64,000 bases of DNA, from contig NC_086097.1 in assembly GCF_963921235.1 (NCBI RefSeq), forward strand, positions 105,526,001 to 105,590,000. Direction: 5' to 3'. Under the pieces are notes generated by a model. That model was not told the DNA's origin and searched no databases. It saw only the letters and a list, made by a program, of their open reading frames with translations. The position numbers and the translations under genes are program-made. Shown piece by piece: positions 1 to 11,800 of the stretch (its first letter is position 1; every line of letters begins with the position of its first letter). Source of the stretch: Mobula hypostoma (Eukaryota).

Positions 1-110
1 ATTTACCACCTCATCTGGCAGCTCATTCCATACTCCCACCACTCTCTGTGTGAAGAAGCCCCCCCAATGTTCCGTTTAAACTTTTCCCCCCTCACCCTTA
101 ACCCATGTCC
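1..110 (-). mobile_element. CR1-clade LINE fragment, C-terminal part of ORF2 (continues off the left edge)
   Basis: Reverse strand reads GHGLRVRGEKFKRNIG..FFTQRVVGVWNELPDEVV, the same TRGH...FFTQRVV.WN.LP block as in the other CR1 copies here. Confidence 0.85.
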
Positions 111-144
111 CATTCTGTAATCTCTGCAGAGTGAACAGTTTCCC

Positions 145-874
145 CGTCACAGTGAGGAAGCTGGTGATGGGAACAGACCCAAATGCAAGACACGGACACC
201 GAAGTAGAAGGTACAGGAGTTGACTACAGTAGGGACGTGACAGGATACAGACAAGGAGCAGGGACAAGAACGCAGACTTGGGCTTGGACCACGAGCCAGA
301 GCCAGGAGAAGGACCCAGCACCTGAGCCTTGCCTCGGGTTCGGGCCCCAGAACCAGGCATGGACATGATATATCTGCATGACTGGAGGCTGGGGTCTTGA
401 GGCTTAAAGACAGGCTTGGGGACATGTGGTTGGAGGCTTGGCGACAGGCTTATGGACTCGAGGCTGCAGGCTTGGAGATAGGCTTGGGTTTTGAGGCTGC
501 AGGCTTGGAGACAGTCTTGGGGTCTTGAGGCATGAGGCTTGGAGACAGGCTTGGGGCTTGGATCTTGGAATGCGGAGGCTTAATACTCGGAGTCTGGAGC
601 TCTGAGACAGACTGGGAACTGTACATCAACATGGAGCCGGGACTTATCCTTCGAAAAGCCGGGACTCATCTTCAACACGACACCAACATGAGACAGGACA
701 GTACATAGACATAGAACCAGGACTTCTACTTAGACAAGCCGGGTCTCAACTTCATCTCCACACCAAGGTGGGACAGCACCATCCATCGGGTAACGGCAGA
801 ACGGCCCGACTTACCCAACAGAGGCAAAGACAAGACAAGATAAGACAGGTCCATCCGCAGGGTGCTGGGTCTCT
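145..874 (-). mobile_element. Partial LTR (Gypsy-like), relative of the 5306-30204 element; unit U1
   Basis: Starts (C)GTCAC. GACCCAAATGCAAGACAC...GAAGTA is the reverse complement of the 3' end of the large element (TACTTCAGTGTCTGTGTCTTGCACTTGGGTCC). Region ~770-840 matches ~5730-5790. Short GAGGCTTGGAGACAGGCTTGGGG repeats at ~385-560. Confidence 0.75.
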
Positions 875-999
875 AATCACCATAGAGTGAACAGTTTCCC
901 ATTCTGTAATCACCATAGGGTTAACAGTTTCCCATTCTGCAATCACCATAGGGTGAACAGATTCCCATTCTGTAATCTCTGCAGAGTGAACAGTTTCCC
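875..999. repeat. 33-bp minisatellite, about 4 units (partial unit also at 111-144)
   Basis: Tandem AATCACCATAGRGTGAACAGTTTCCCATTCTGT. Confidence 0.95.
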
Positions 1000-1086
1000 T
1001 GTCACAGCGGGGACGCTGCTGACGGGAACGGACCCAAATGCAAGACACGGGCTCTGAAGTAGAAGGTACAGGACTTGACTAGAGTA
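1000..1086 (-). mobile_element. LTR terminal fragment (unit U2), cut by the tail of CR1-A
   Basis: TGTCACAGCGGGGACGCTG...GACCCAAATGCAAGACAC...GACTAGAGTA repeats 145-231 at an 855-bp offset, with the same upstream satellite junction. Confidence 0.8.
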
Positions 1087-1428
1087 CATAGAACATAGAA
1101 CATAGAATAGTACAGCACATTACAGGCCCTTGGGCCCACAATGTTGTGCCGACCCTCAAACCCTGCCTCCCACCTTAAATTCCTCCATATACCTGTCTAG
1201 TAGTCTCTTAAATTTCACTAGTGTATCTGCCTCCACCACTGACTCAGGCAGTGCATTCCACGCACCAACCACTCTGAGTAAAAAACCTTCCTCTAATATC
1301 CCCCTTGAACTTCCCACCCCTTACCTTAAAGCCATGTCCTCTTCTATTGAGCAGAGCTGCCCTGGGGAAGAGGTGCTGGCTATCCACTCTAGCTATTTGT
1401 CTTATTATCTTGTGTACCTATCTTCTAT

Positions 1429-2833
1429 CATAGAAACATAGAAACATAGAAAATAGGTGCAGGAGTAGGCCATTCGGCCCTTCGAGCCTGCACCGCCATT
1501 TATTATGATCATGGCTGATCATCCAACTCAGAACCCCGCCCCAGCCTTCCCTCCATACCCGCTGACCCCTGTAGCCACAAGGGCCATATCTAACTCCCTC
1601 TTAAACATAGCTAATGAACTGGCCTCAACAGTTTCCTGTGGCAGAGAATTCCACAGATTCACCACTCTCTGTGTGACAAGTTTTTCCTAATCTCGGTCCT
1701 AAAAGGCTTCCCCTCTATCCTCAAACTGTGACCCCTCGTTCTGGACTTACCCAACATCGGGAACAATCTTCCTGCATCCAGCCTGTCCAATCCCTTTAGG
1801 ATCTTATACATTTCAATCAGATCCCCCCTCAATCTTCTAAATTCCAACGAGTATAAGCCCAGTTCATCCAGTCTTTCTTCACATGAAAGTCCTGCCATCC
1901 CAGGAATCAATCTGGTGAACCTTCTTTGTACTCCCTCTATGGCAAAGATGTCTTTCCTCAGATTAGGGGACCAAAACTGCACACAATACTCCAGGTGTGG
2001 TCTCACCAAGGCCTTGTACAACTGCAGTAGTACCTCCCTGCTCCTGTACTCGAATCCTCTCGCTATAAATGCCAGCATACCATTCGCCTTTTTCACCGCC
2101 TGCTGTACCTGCATGCCCACTTTCAATGACTGGTGTATAACGACACCCAGGTCTCGTTGCACCTCCCCTTTTCCTAATCGGCCACCATTCAGATAATAAT
2201 CTGTTTTCCTATTTTTGCCACCAAAGTGGATAACTTCACATTTATCCACATTAAATTGCATCTGCCATGAGTTTGCCCACTCACCCAACCTATCCAAGTC
2301 ACCCTGCATCCTCTTAGCATCCTCCTCACTGCTAACACTGCCACCCAGCTTCGTGTCATCCGCAAACTTGGAGATGCTGCATTTAATTCCCTCATCCAAG
2401 TCATTAATATATATTGTAAACAACTGGGGTCCCAGCACTGAGCCTTGCGGTACCCCACTAGTCACCGCCTGCCATTCTGAAAAGGTCCCGTTTATTCCCA
2501 CTCTTTGCTTCCTGTCTGCTAACCAATTCTCGACCCACACCAATACCTTACCCCCAATACCGTGTGCTTTAAGTTTGCGCACTAATCTCCTGTGTGGGAC
2601 CTTGTCAAAAGCCTTTTGAAAATCCAAATATACCACATCCACTGGTTCTCCCCTATCCACTCTACTAGTTACATCCTCAAAAAATTCTATGAGATTCGTC
2701 AGACATGATTTTCCTTTCACAAATCCATGCTGACTTTGTCCGATGATTTCACCGCTTTCCAAATGTGCTGTTATCACATCCTTGATAACTGACTCCAGCA
2801 GTTTCCCCACCACCGACGTTAGGCTAACTGGTC
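1429..2833 (-). mobile_element. CR1 LINE copy B (second family), 5'-truncated, nested in CR1-A
   Basis: (CATAGAAA)n tail at ~1429-1452, 3' UTR hairpin, RT ORF 1659-2813. Host sequence CTATCATGTCTCC (intact in copy D) is split, with TCAT on both sides. Confidence 0.95.
1528..2833 (-). pseudogene. CR1-B reverse transcriptase domain, 5'-truncated, frameshift near 1676
   Basis: [57 protein letters not shown]. Ends KNLSHREW instead of KNFFTQRVV as in copy E. Confidence 0.93.
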
Positions 2834-5416
2834 ATGTCTCCTCTCATCCTCCTTCTCTCCAAAGAGTAAAACCCTAGCTCCCTTAATCTCTGATCATAAT
2901 GCATACTCTCTAAACCAGGCAGCATCTTGGTAAATCTCGTCTGTACCCTTTCCAATGCTTCCACATTCTTCCTATAGTGAGGCAACCAGAACTGGACACA
3001 GTACTCCAAGTATGGCCTAACCAGAGTTTTATAGAGCTGCATCATTACCTCACGACTCTTAAACTCTATCCCTCGACTTATGAAAGCTAACACCCCATAA
3101 GCCTTTTTAACTACCCTATCTACCTGTGAGGCAACTTTTAGGGTTCTGTGGTCATGTACCCCCAGATCCCTCTGCTCCTCCGCACTACCAAGTATCCTGC
3201 CATTTACTTTGTACTCTGCCTTGGAGTTTGTCCTTCCAAAGTGTACCACCTCACACTTACCCGGGTTGAACTCCATCTGCCACTTCTTAGCCCACTTCTG
3301 CATCCTATCAATGTCTCTCTGCAATCTTCAACAATCCTCTACACTATCTACAACACCACCAACCTTTGTGTATCTGCAAACTTGCCAACCCACCCTTCTA
3401 CCCCCACATCCAGGTCGTTAATAAAAATCACGAAAAGTAGAGGTCCCAGAACAGATCCTTGTGGGACACCACTAGTCACAATCCTCCAATCTGAATGTAC
3501 TCCCTCCACCACGACCCTCTGCCTTCTGCAGGCAAGCCAATTCTGAATCCGCCTGGCCAAACTTCCCTGGATCCCATGCCTTCTGACTTTCTGAATAAGC
3601 CTACCGTGTGGAACCTTGTCAAATGCCTTACTAAAATCCATATAGCTTACATCCACTGCACTACCCACATCTATATGCCCGGTCACCTCCTCAAAGTACT
3701 CTATCAGGCTTGTTAGTCATGATCTGCCCTTCACAAAGCCATGCTGACTGTCCCTGATCAGACCATGATGCCCATAGATCCTATCTCTAAGAATGTTTTC
3801 CAACAGCTTTCCCATCACAGATGTAAGGCTTACTGGTCTATAATTACCTGGACTATCCCTACTACCTTTTTTGAACAAAGGGACAACATTCGCTTCCATC
3901 CAATCCTCTGGTACCATTCCTGTGGACAACGAGGACATAAAGTTCCTAGCCAGAGGCTCAGCAATCTCTTCCCTCACCTCATGGAGCAGCCTGGGGAACA
4001 TTCATGAAGTTCATATTCATCCGTCATCAAGTTCCCTCCCATTGGTGAATACTGAAGAGAAGTATTCATTGAGGACCTCGCTCATTTCCACAGCCTCCAG
4101 GCACATCTTTCCACCTTTATCTCTAATCGATCCTATCTTCACTCCTGTCATCCTTTTGTTCTTCACATAATTGAAGAATGCCTTGGTGTTTTCCTTTACC
4201 CTACTCGCCAAGACCTTCTCATGCCCCCTTCTTGCTCTTCTCAGCCCCTCCTTAAGCTCCTTTCTTGCTTCCCTATATTCCTCAATAGACCCATCTGATC
4301 CTTGCTTCCTAAACCCTCATGTATGCTGCCTTCTTCCACCTGACTAGATTTTCCACCTCACTTGTCACCCATGGTTCCTTCACCCTACCATTCTTTATCT
4401 TCCTCACTGGGACAAATTTATCCCTAACAAGAGATCTGTAAACATCGACCACATGTCCATAGTACATTTCCCTGCAAAAACATCATCCCAATTCACACCC
4501 GCAAGTTCTAACCTTATAGCCTCATAATTTGCCCTTCCCCAATTAAAAATTTTCCTGTCATCTCTGACCCTATCCTTTTCCATGATAATGCTAAAGGCCA
4601 GGGAGCGGTGGTCACTGTCCCCCAGATGCTCACCCACTGAGAGATCTGTGACCTGACCTGGTTCATTACCTAGTACTAGATCTAGTATGGCATTCCCCCT
4701 AGTCGGCCTGTCCACATACTGTGACAGGAATCCATCCTGGACACACTTAAAAAACTCTGCCCCACCTAAACCCTTGGAACTAATCAGGTGCCAATCAATA
4801 TTAGGGAAGTTAAAGTCACCCATGATAACAACCCTGTTATTTTTGCACCTTTCCAAAATCTGCCTCCCAATCTGCTCCTCTGTATCTCTGCTGCTACCAG
4901 GGGGCCTACAGAATACCCCCAGTAGGGTAACTGCTCCCTTCCTGTTCCTGCCTTCCACCCATACTGACTTAAAAGAGGATCCTGCTACATTACCCACCCT
5001 TTCTGTAGCTGTAATAGTATCCCTGACCAGTAATGCCACCCCTCCTCCCCTTTTTCCCCCCTCTCTATTCCTTTTTAAGACTGAAATCCAGGAATATTGA
5101 GAATCCATTCCTGCCCTGGTGCCAGCCAAGTCTCTGTAATGGCCACTACATCATAATTCCATGTATGTATCCAAGCTCTCAGTTCATCACCTTTGTTCCT
5201 GATGCTTCTTGCATTGAGGTACACACATTTCAGCCCTTCTGCCTTACTACCTTTACACCGTTTATTCTGCTTCTCTTTCCTCAAAGCCTCTCTATATGTT
5301 AAATCTGTCATAGTCCGGTCCGTGAAGTCCATATTCCGGTTCATGGTCCGGTCCATCGACCCTTGCTCCAGGTTTTCCCATCTACCCTGTTTCTGTCCTT
5401 GTTGAGCTAATTGAGA

Positions 5417-5450
5417 CAGCTGATGCTCGTTGGGGCTGGCTGCATAAATA
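5417..5450 (+). promoter_or_regulatory. Candidate LTR core promoter (E-box CAGCTG plus TATA-like CATAAATA)
   Basis: CAGCTG at 5417-5422 and CATAAATA at 5443-5450, about 140 bp inside the 5' end. Motif match only. Confidence 0.4.
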
Positions 5451-5659
5451 TCTCCAGAGACCAGGGTGTGGTTGCTGGATTGTTCTTGTCCTTACTCCTT
5501 GTATCCCTTCCTCTGCCTTCTGTTTCCTCGCCTGGAGCCCTGCCTTGTCTTGCCGGTAACTTTCGCCTCGCCTGAAGTTCTGTCTCACCTTGCTTTGCCA
5601 GTAGCCTTCCCTTGGCTTGCTGTCTGGTCCTGGAGCCACCCTGTACCTAGCTCCTTTCC

Positions 5660-5795
5660 TGTCCCTTGCCTCCGCCCAGGTAAGCCAGGCCGTCTTGCCA
5701 TTACCTGGGGTTGGTTCTGTCACTTTCTGTCCCTTGCCTCTGCCCAGGTAAGCCAGGCCGTCTTGCAGTTCCCTGGGGTTGGTTCTGTCCCTTCC
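5660..5795 (+). repeat. 68-bp tandem duplication in the LTR, each copy containing CAGGTAAG
   Basis: TGTCCCTTGCCTCYGCCCAGGTAAGCCAGGCCGTCTTGC...GGGGTTGGTTCTGTC at 5660 and 5728. A 20-bp duplication (GTGATCCGCGCCCTGCCCAG) follows at 5818/5838. Confidence 0.9.
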
Positions 5796-5871
5796 TGTCC
5801 CTCGCCTCTGTCGGGACGTGATCCGCGCCCTGCCCAGGTGATCCGCGCCCTGCCCAGGAGGAGCCTACCAA

Positions 5872-8800
5872 GCCTCGCCTCAAGTCTCCAGTCTCCAGCC
5901 TTGCCTTGCCTCAAGTCTCCAGCCTCCAGCCTCGCCTTGCCTCAAGTCTCCAGCCTCCAGCCTCACCTCAAGTCTCCAGCCTCCAGCCTCGCCTCAAGTC
6001 TCCAGCATCCAGCCTCCAGCCTCGCCTCAAGTCTCCAGCATCCAGCCTCCAGCCTCGCCTCAAGTCACCAGCATCCAGCCTCCAGCCTCGCCTCAAGTCT
6101 CCAGCATCCAGCCTCCAGCCTCGCCTCAAGTCTCCAGCATCCAGCCTCCAGCCTCACCTCAAGTCTCCAGCCTCCAGCCTCACCTCAAGTCTCCAGCCTC
6201 CAGCCTCCAGCCTCGCCTCAAGTCTCCAGCCTCACCTCAAGTCTCCAGCATCCAGCCTCCAGCCTCGCCTCAAGTCTCCAGCCTCCAGCCTCGCCTCAAG
6301 TCTCCAGCATCCAGCCTCCAGCCTCGCCTCAAGTCTCCAGCCTCCAGCCTCACCTCAAGTCTCCAGCCTCCAGCCTCCAGCCTCGCCTCAAGTCTCCAGC
6401 ATCCAGCCTCCAGCCTCGCCTCAAGTCTCCAGCCTCCAGCCTCGCCTCAAGTCTCCAGCCTCCAGCCTCCAGCCTCGCCTCAAGTCTCCAGCCTCCAGCC
6501 TCGCCTCAACTCTCCAGCATCCAGCCTCCAGCCTCGCCTCAAGTCTCCAGCCTCCAGCCTCCAGCCTCGCCTCAAGTCTCCAGCCTCCAGCCTCGCCTCA
6601 AGTCTCCAGCCTCCAGCCTCCAGCCTCGCCTCAAGTCTCCAGCATCCAGCCTCGCCTCAAGTCTCCAGCCTCCAGCCTCGCCTCAAGTCTCCAGCCTCGC
6701 CTCAAGTCTCCAACCTCCAGGCTCGCCTCAAGTCTCCAGCATCCAGCCTCCAGCCTCGCCTCAAGTCTCCAGCCTCCAGCCTCCAGCCTCGCCTCAAGTC
6801 TCCAGCCTCCAGCCTCCAGCCTCGCCTCAAATCTCCAGCCACCAGCCTCGCCTCAAGTCTCCAGCATCCAGCCTCGCCTCAAGTCTCCAGCATCCAGCCT
6901 TACCTCAAGTCTCCAGCCTCCAGCCTCGCCTCAAGTCTCCAGCCTCGCCTCAAGTCTCCAACCTCCAGGCTCGCCTCAAGTCTCCAGCATCCAGCCTCCA
7001 GCCTCGCCTCAAGTCTCCAGCCTCCAGCCTCCAGCCTCGCCTCAAGTCTCCAGCCTCCAGCCTCCAGCCTCGCCTCAAGTCTCCAGCCTCCAGCCTCCAG
7101 CCTCGCCTCAAGTCTCCAGCCTCCAGCCTCCAGCCTCGCCTCAAATCTCCAGCCTCCAGCCTCGCCTCAAGTCTCCAGCCTCCAGCCTCGCCTCAACTCT
7201 CCAGCATCCAGCCTCCAGCCTCGCCTCAAGTCTCCAGCCTCCAGCCTCCAGCCTCGCCTCAAGTCTCCAGCCTCCAGCCTCGCCTCAAGTCTCCAGCCTC
7301 CAGCCTCGCCTCAAGTCTCCAGCCTCGCCTCAAGTCTCCAACCTCCAGGCTCGCCTCAAGTCTCCAGCATCCAGCCTCCAGCCTCGCCTCAAGTCTCCAG
7401 CCTCCAGCCTCCAGCCTCGCCTCAAGTCTCCAGCCTCCAGCCTCCAGCCTCGCCTCAAGTCTCCAGCCACCAGCCTCGCCTCAAGTCTCCAGCATCCAGC
7501 CTCGCCTCAAGTCTCCAGCATCCAGCCTTACCTCAAGTCTCCAGCCTCCAGCCTCGCCTCAAGTCTCCAGCCTCGCCTCAAGTCTCCAACCTCCAGGCTC
7601 GCCTCAAGTCTCCAGCATCCAGCCTCCAGCCTCGCCTCAAGTCTCCAGCATCCAGCCTCCAGCCTCGCCTCAAGTCTCCAGCCTCCAGCCTCGCCTCAAG
7701 TTTCCAGCCTACAGCCTCCAGCCTCTCCTCAAGTCTCCAGCCTCCAGCCTCCAGCCTCGCCTCAAGTCTCCAGCCTCCAGCCTCCAGCCTCGCCTCAAAT
7801 CTCCAGCCTCCAGCCTCGCCTCAATTCTGCAGCCTCCAGCCTCCAGCCTCGCCTCAAGTCTCCAGCCTCCAGCCTCGCCTCAATTCTGCAGCCTCCAGCC
7901 TCCAGCCTCGCCTCAAGTCTCCAGCCTCCAGCCTCGCCTCAAGTCTCCAGCCTCCAGCCTCCAGCCTCACCTCAAGTCTCCAGCCTCCAGCCTTGCCTCA
8001 AGTCTCCAGCCTCCAGCCTCGCCTCAAGTCTCCAGCCTCCAGCCGCACCTCAAGTCTCCAGCCTCCAACCTCGCCTCAAGTCTCCAGCCTCACCTCAAGT
8101 CTCCAGCCTCGCCTCAAGTCTCCAGCCTCGCCTCAAGTCTCCAGCCTCCAGCCGCGCCTCAAGTCTCCAGCCTCCATCCTCCAGCCTCGCCTCAAGTCTC
8201 CATCCTCCAGCCTCGCCTCCAGCCTCCAGCCTCGCCTCAAGTCTCCAGCCTCCAGCCTCGCCTCAAGTCTCCAGCCTCCAGCCTCCAGCCTCGCCTCAAG
8301 TCTCCAGCCTCCAGCCTCGCCTCAAGCCTCCAGCCTCCAGCCTCAAGTCTCCAGCCTCCAGCCTCGCCTCAAGTCTCCAGCCTCCAGCCTCGCCTCATGT
8401 CTCCATCCTCCAGCCTCGCCTCAAGTCTCCAGCCTCACCTCGTCTCCAGCCTCCAGCCTCGCCCCGTCTCCAGCCTCCAGCCTCGCCTCAAGTCTCCAGC
8501 CTCCAGCCTCGCATCAGGTCTCCAGCCTCCAGCCTCGCCTCGTCTCCAGCCTCCAGCCTCGCCTCAAGTCTCCAGCCTCCAGCCTCCAGCCTCAAGTCTC
8601 CATCCTCCAGCCTCGCCTCAAGTCTCCAGCCTCCAGCCGCACCTCAAGTCTCCAGCCTCCAACCTCGCCTCAAGTCTCCAGCCTCACCTCAAGTCTCCAG
8701 CCTCGCCTCAAGTCTCCAGCCTCCAGCCGCGCCTCAAGTCTCCAGCCTCCATCCTCCAGCCTCGCCTCAAGTCTCCATCCTCCAGCCTCGCCTCCAGCCT

Positions 8801-11800
8801 CCAGCCTCCAGCGTCGCCTCAAGTCTCCAGCCTCCAGCCTCGCCTCAAGTCTCCAGCCTCCAGCCTCCAGCCTCGCCTCAAGTCTCCAGCCTCCAGCCTC
8901 GCCTCAAGCCTCCAGCCTCCAGCCTCCAGCCTCCAGCCTCAAGTCTCCAGCCTCCAGCCTCGCCTCAAGTCTCCAGCCTCCAGCCTCGCCTCATGTCTCC
9001 ATCCTCCAGCCTCGCCTCAAGTCTCCAGCCTCACCTCGTCTCCAGCCTCCAGCCTCGCCCCGTCTGCAGCCTCCAGCCTCGCCTCAAGTCTCCAGCCTCC
9101 AGCCTCGCCTCGTCTCCAGCCTCCAGCCTCGTCTCAAGTCTCCAGCCTCCAGCCTCCAGCCTCAAGTCTCCATCCTCCAGCCTCGCCTCAAGTCTCCAGC
9201 CTCCAGCCGCACCTCAAGTCTCCAGCCTCCAACCTCGCCTCAAGTCTCCAGCCTCACCTCAAGTCTCCAGCCTCGCTTCAAGTCTCCAGCCTCCAGCCTC
9301 GCCTCAAGTCTCCAGCCTCCAGCCTCCAGCCTCGCCTCAAGTCTCCAGCCTCCAGCCTCGCCTCAAGCCTCCAGCCTCCAGCCTCCAGCCTCCAGCCTCC
9401 AGCCTCAAGTCTCCAGCCTCCAGCCTCGCCTCATGTCTCCATCCTCCAGCCTCGCCTCAAGTCTCCAGCCTCCAACCTCGCCTCAAGTCTCCAGCCTCAC
9501 CTCAAGTCTCCAGCCTCGCCTCAAGTCTCCAGCCTCGCCTCAAGTCTCCAGCCTCCAGCCGCGCCTCAAGTCTCCAGCCTCCATCCTCCAGCCTCGCCTC
9601 AAGTCTCCATCCTCCAGCCTCGCCGCCAGCCTCCAGCCTCGCCTCAAGTCTCCAGCCTCCAGCCTCGCCTCAAGTCTCCACCCTCCAGCCTCCAGCCTCG
9701 CCTCAAGCCTCCAGCCTCCAGCCTCCAGCCTCAAGTCTCCAGCCTCCAGCCTCCAGCCTCCAGCCTCCAGCCTCAAGTCTCCAGCCTCCAGCCTCGCCTC
9801 AAGTCTCCAGCCTCCAGCCTCGCCTCATGTCTCCATCCTCCAGCCTCGCCTCAAGTCTCCAGCCTCACCTCGTCTCCAGCCTCCAGCCTCGCCCCGTCTC
9901 CAGCCTCCAGCCTCGCCTCAAGTCTCCAGCCTCCAGCCTCGCCTCGTCTCCAGCCTCCAGCCTCGCCTCAAGTCTCCAGCCTCCAGCCTCCAGGCTCAAG
10001 TCTCCATCCTCCAGCCTCGCCTCAAGTCTCCAGCCTCCAGCCGCACCTCAAGTCTCCAGCCTCCAACCTCGCCTCAAGTCTCCAGCCTCACCTCAAGTCT
10101 CCAGCCACGCCTCAAGTCTCCAGCCTCCAGCTGCGCCTCAAGTCTCCAGCCTCCATCCTCCAGCCTCGCCTCAAGTCTCCATCCTCCAGCCTCGCCTCCA
10201 GCCTCCAGCCTCCAGCCTCGCCTCAAGTCTCCAGCCTCCAGCCTCGCCTCAAGTCTCCAGCCTCCAGCCTCCAGCCTCGCCTCAAGTCTCCAGCCTCCAG
10301 CCTCGCCTCAAGTCTCCAGCCTCCAGCCTCGCCTCAAGTCTCCAGCCTCCAGCCATGCCTCAAGTCTCCAGCCTCCAGCCTCCAGCCTCACCTCAAGTCT
10401 CCAGCCTCCAGCCTCGCCTCAAGTCTCCATCCTCCAGCCTCGCCTCAAGTCTCCAGCCTCCAGCCGCGCCTCAAGTCTCCAGCCTCCATCCTCCAGCCTC
10501 GCCTCAAGTCTCCAGCCTCCAGCCTTGCCTCAAGTCTCCAGCCTCCAACCGCGCCTCAAGTCTCCAGCCTCCAGCCTCGCCTCAAGTCTCCAGCATCCAG
10601 CCTCCAGTCTCACCTCAAGTCTCCAGCCTCCAGCCTCGCCTCAAGTCTCCAGCCTCCAGCCTCGCCTCAAGTCTCCAGCCTCGCCTCAAGTCTCCAGCCT
10701 CCAGCCGCGCCTCAAGTCTCCATCCTCCATCCTCCAGCCTCGCCTCCAGTCTCCAGCCTCCAGCCTCCAGCCTCGCCTCAAGTCTCCAGCCTCCAGCCTC
10801 GCCTCAAGTCTCCAGCCTCCAGCCTCCAGCCTCGCCTCAAGTCTCCAGCCTCCAGCCTCGCCTCAAGTCTCCAGCCTCCAGCCTCGTCTCCAGCCTCCAG
10901 CCTCGCCTCAAGTCTCCAGCCTCCAGCCTCGCCTCATGTCTCCATCCTCCAGCCTCGCCTCAAGTCTCCAGCCTCACCTCGTCTCCAGCTTCCAGCCTCG
11001 CCCCGTCTCCAGCCTCCAGCCTCGCCTCAAGTCTCCAGCCTCCAGCCTCGCCTCGTCTCCAGCCTCCAGCCTCGCCTCGTATCCAGCCTCCAGCCTCGCC
11101 TCGTCTCCAGCCTCCAGCCTCGCCTCAAGTCTCCAGCCTCCAGCCTCCAGCCTCAAGTCTCCATCCTCCAGCCTCGCCTCAAGTCTCCAGCCTCGCCTCG
11201 TCTCCAGCCTCCAGCCTCGCCTCGTCTCCAGCCTCCAGCCTCGCCTCAAGTCTCCAGCCTCCAGCCTCGCCTCAAGTCTTCAGCCTCCAGCCTCGCCTCA
11301 AGTCTCTAGCCTGCAGCCTCCAGCCTCGCCTCAAGTCTCCAGCCTCCAGCCTCGCTCAAGTCTCCAGCCTCCAGCCTCACCTCAAGTCTCCAGCCTCCAG
11401 CCTCCAGCCTCGCCTCAAGTCTCCAGCCTCCAGCCTCGCCTCAAGTCTCCAGCCTCCAGCCATGCCTCAAGTCTCCAGCCTCCAGCCTCCAGCCTCACCT
11501 CAAGTCTCCAGTCTCCAGCCTCGCCGCAAGTCTCCAGCCTCCAGCCTCCAGCCTCGCCTCAAGTCTCCAGCCTCCAGCCTCGCCTCAAGTCTCCAGCCTC
11601 CAGCCGCGCCTCAAGTCTCCAGCCTCCATCCTCCAGCCTCGCCTCAAGTCTCCATCCTCCAGCCTCACCTCAAGTCTCCAGCCTCCAGCCTCGCCTCGTC
11701 TCCAGCCTCCAGCCTCGCCTCAAGTCTCCAGCCTCCAGCCTCCAGCCTCACCTCAAGTCTCCAGCCTCGCCTCATGTCTCCATCCTCCAGCCTCGCCTCA

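Larger units (their letters stand above)
1156..5305 (-). pseudogene. CR1-A ORF2 (APE endonuclease + reverse transcriptase), disrupted
   Basis: LKCVYLNARSIRNK...[72 protein letters not shown] are spread over several frames. An internal deletion near 4005 relative to copy D, and a CR1-B insertion at 1429-2833. Confidence 0.92.

Noticed and set aside
5075..5356. ORF starting inside the LTR and running into the CR1-A endonuclease (possible LTR-driven fusion)
   Set aside because: It is antisense to the inferred LTR promoter and frameshifts out of the endonuclease after about 90 codons.
1915..5405. Plus-strand ORFs overlapping the CR1 copies (also 41827-43447, and minus-strand ORFs over 49783-51609)
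   Set aside because: Antisense shadows of LINE ORF2 with no independent coding signal.
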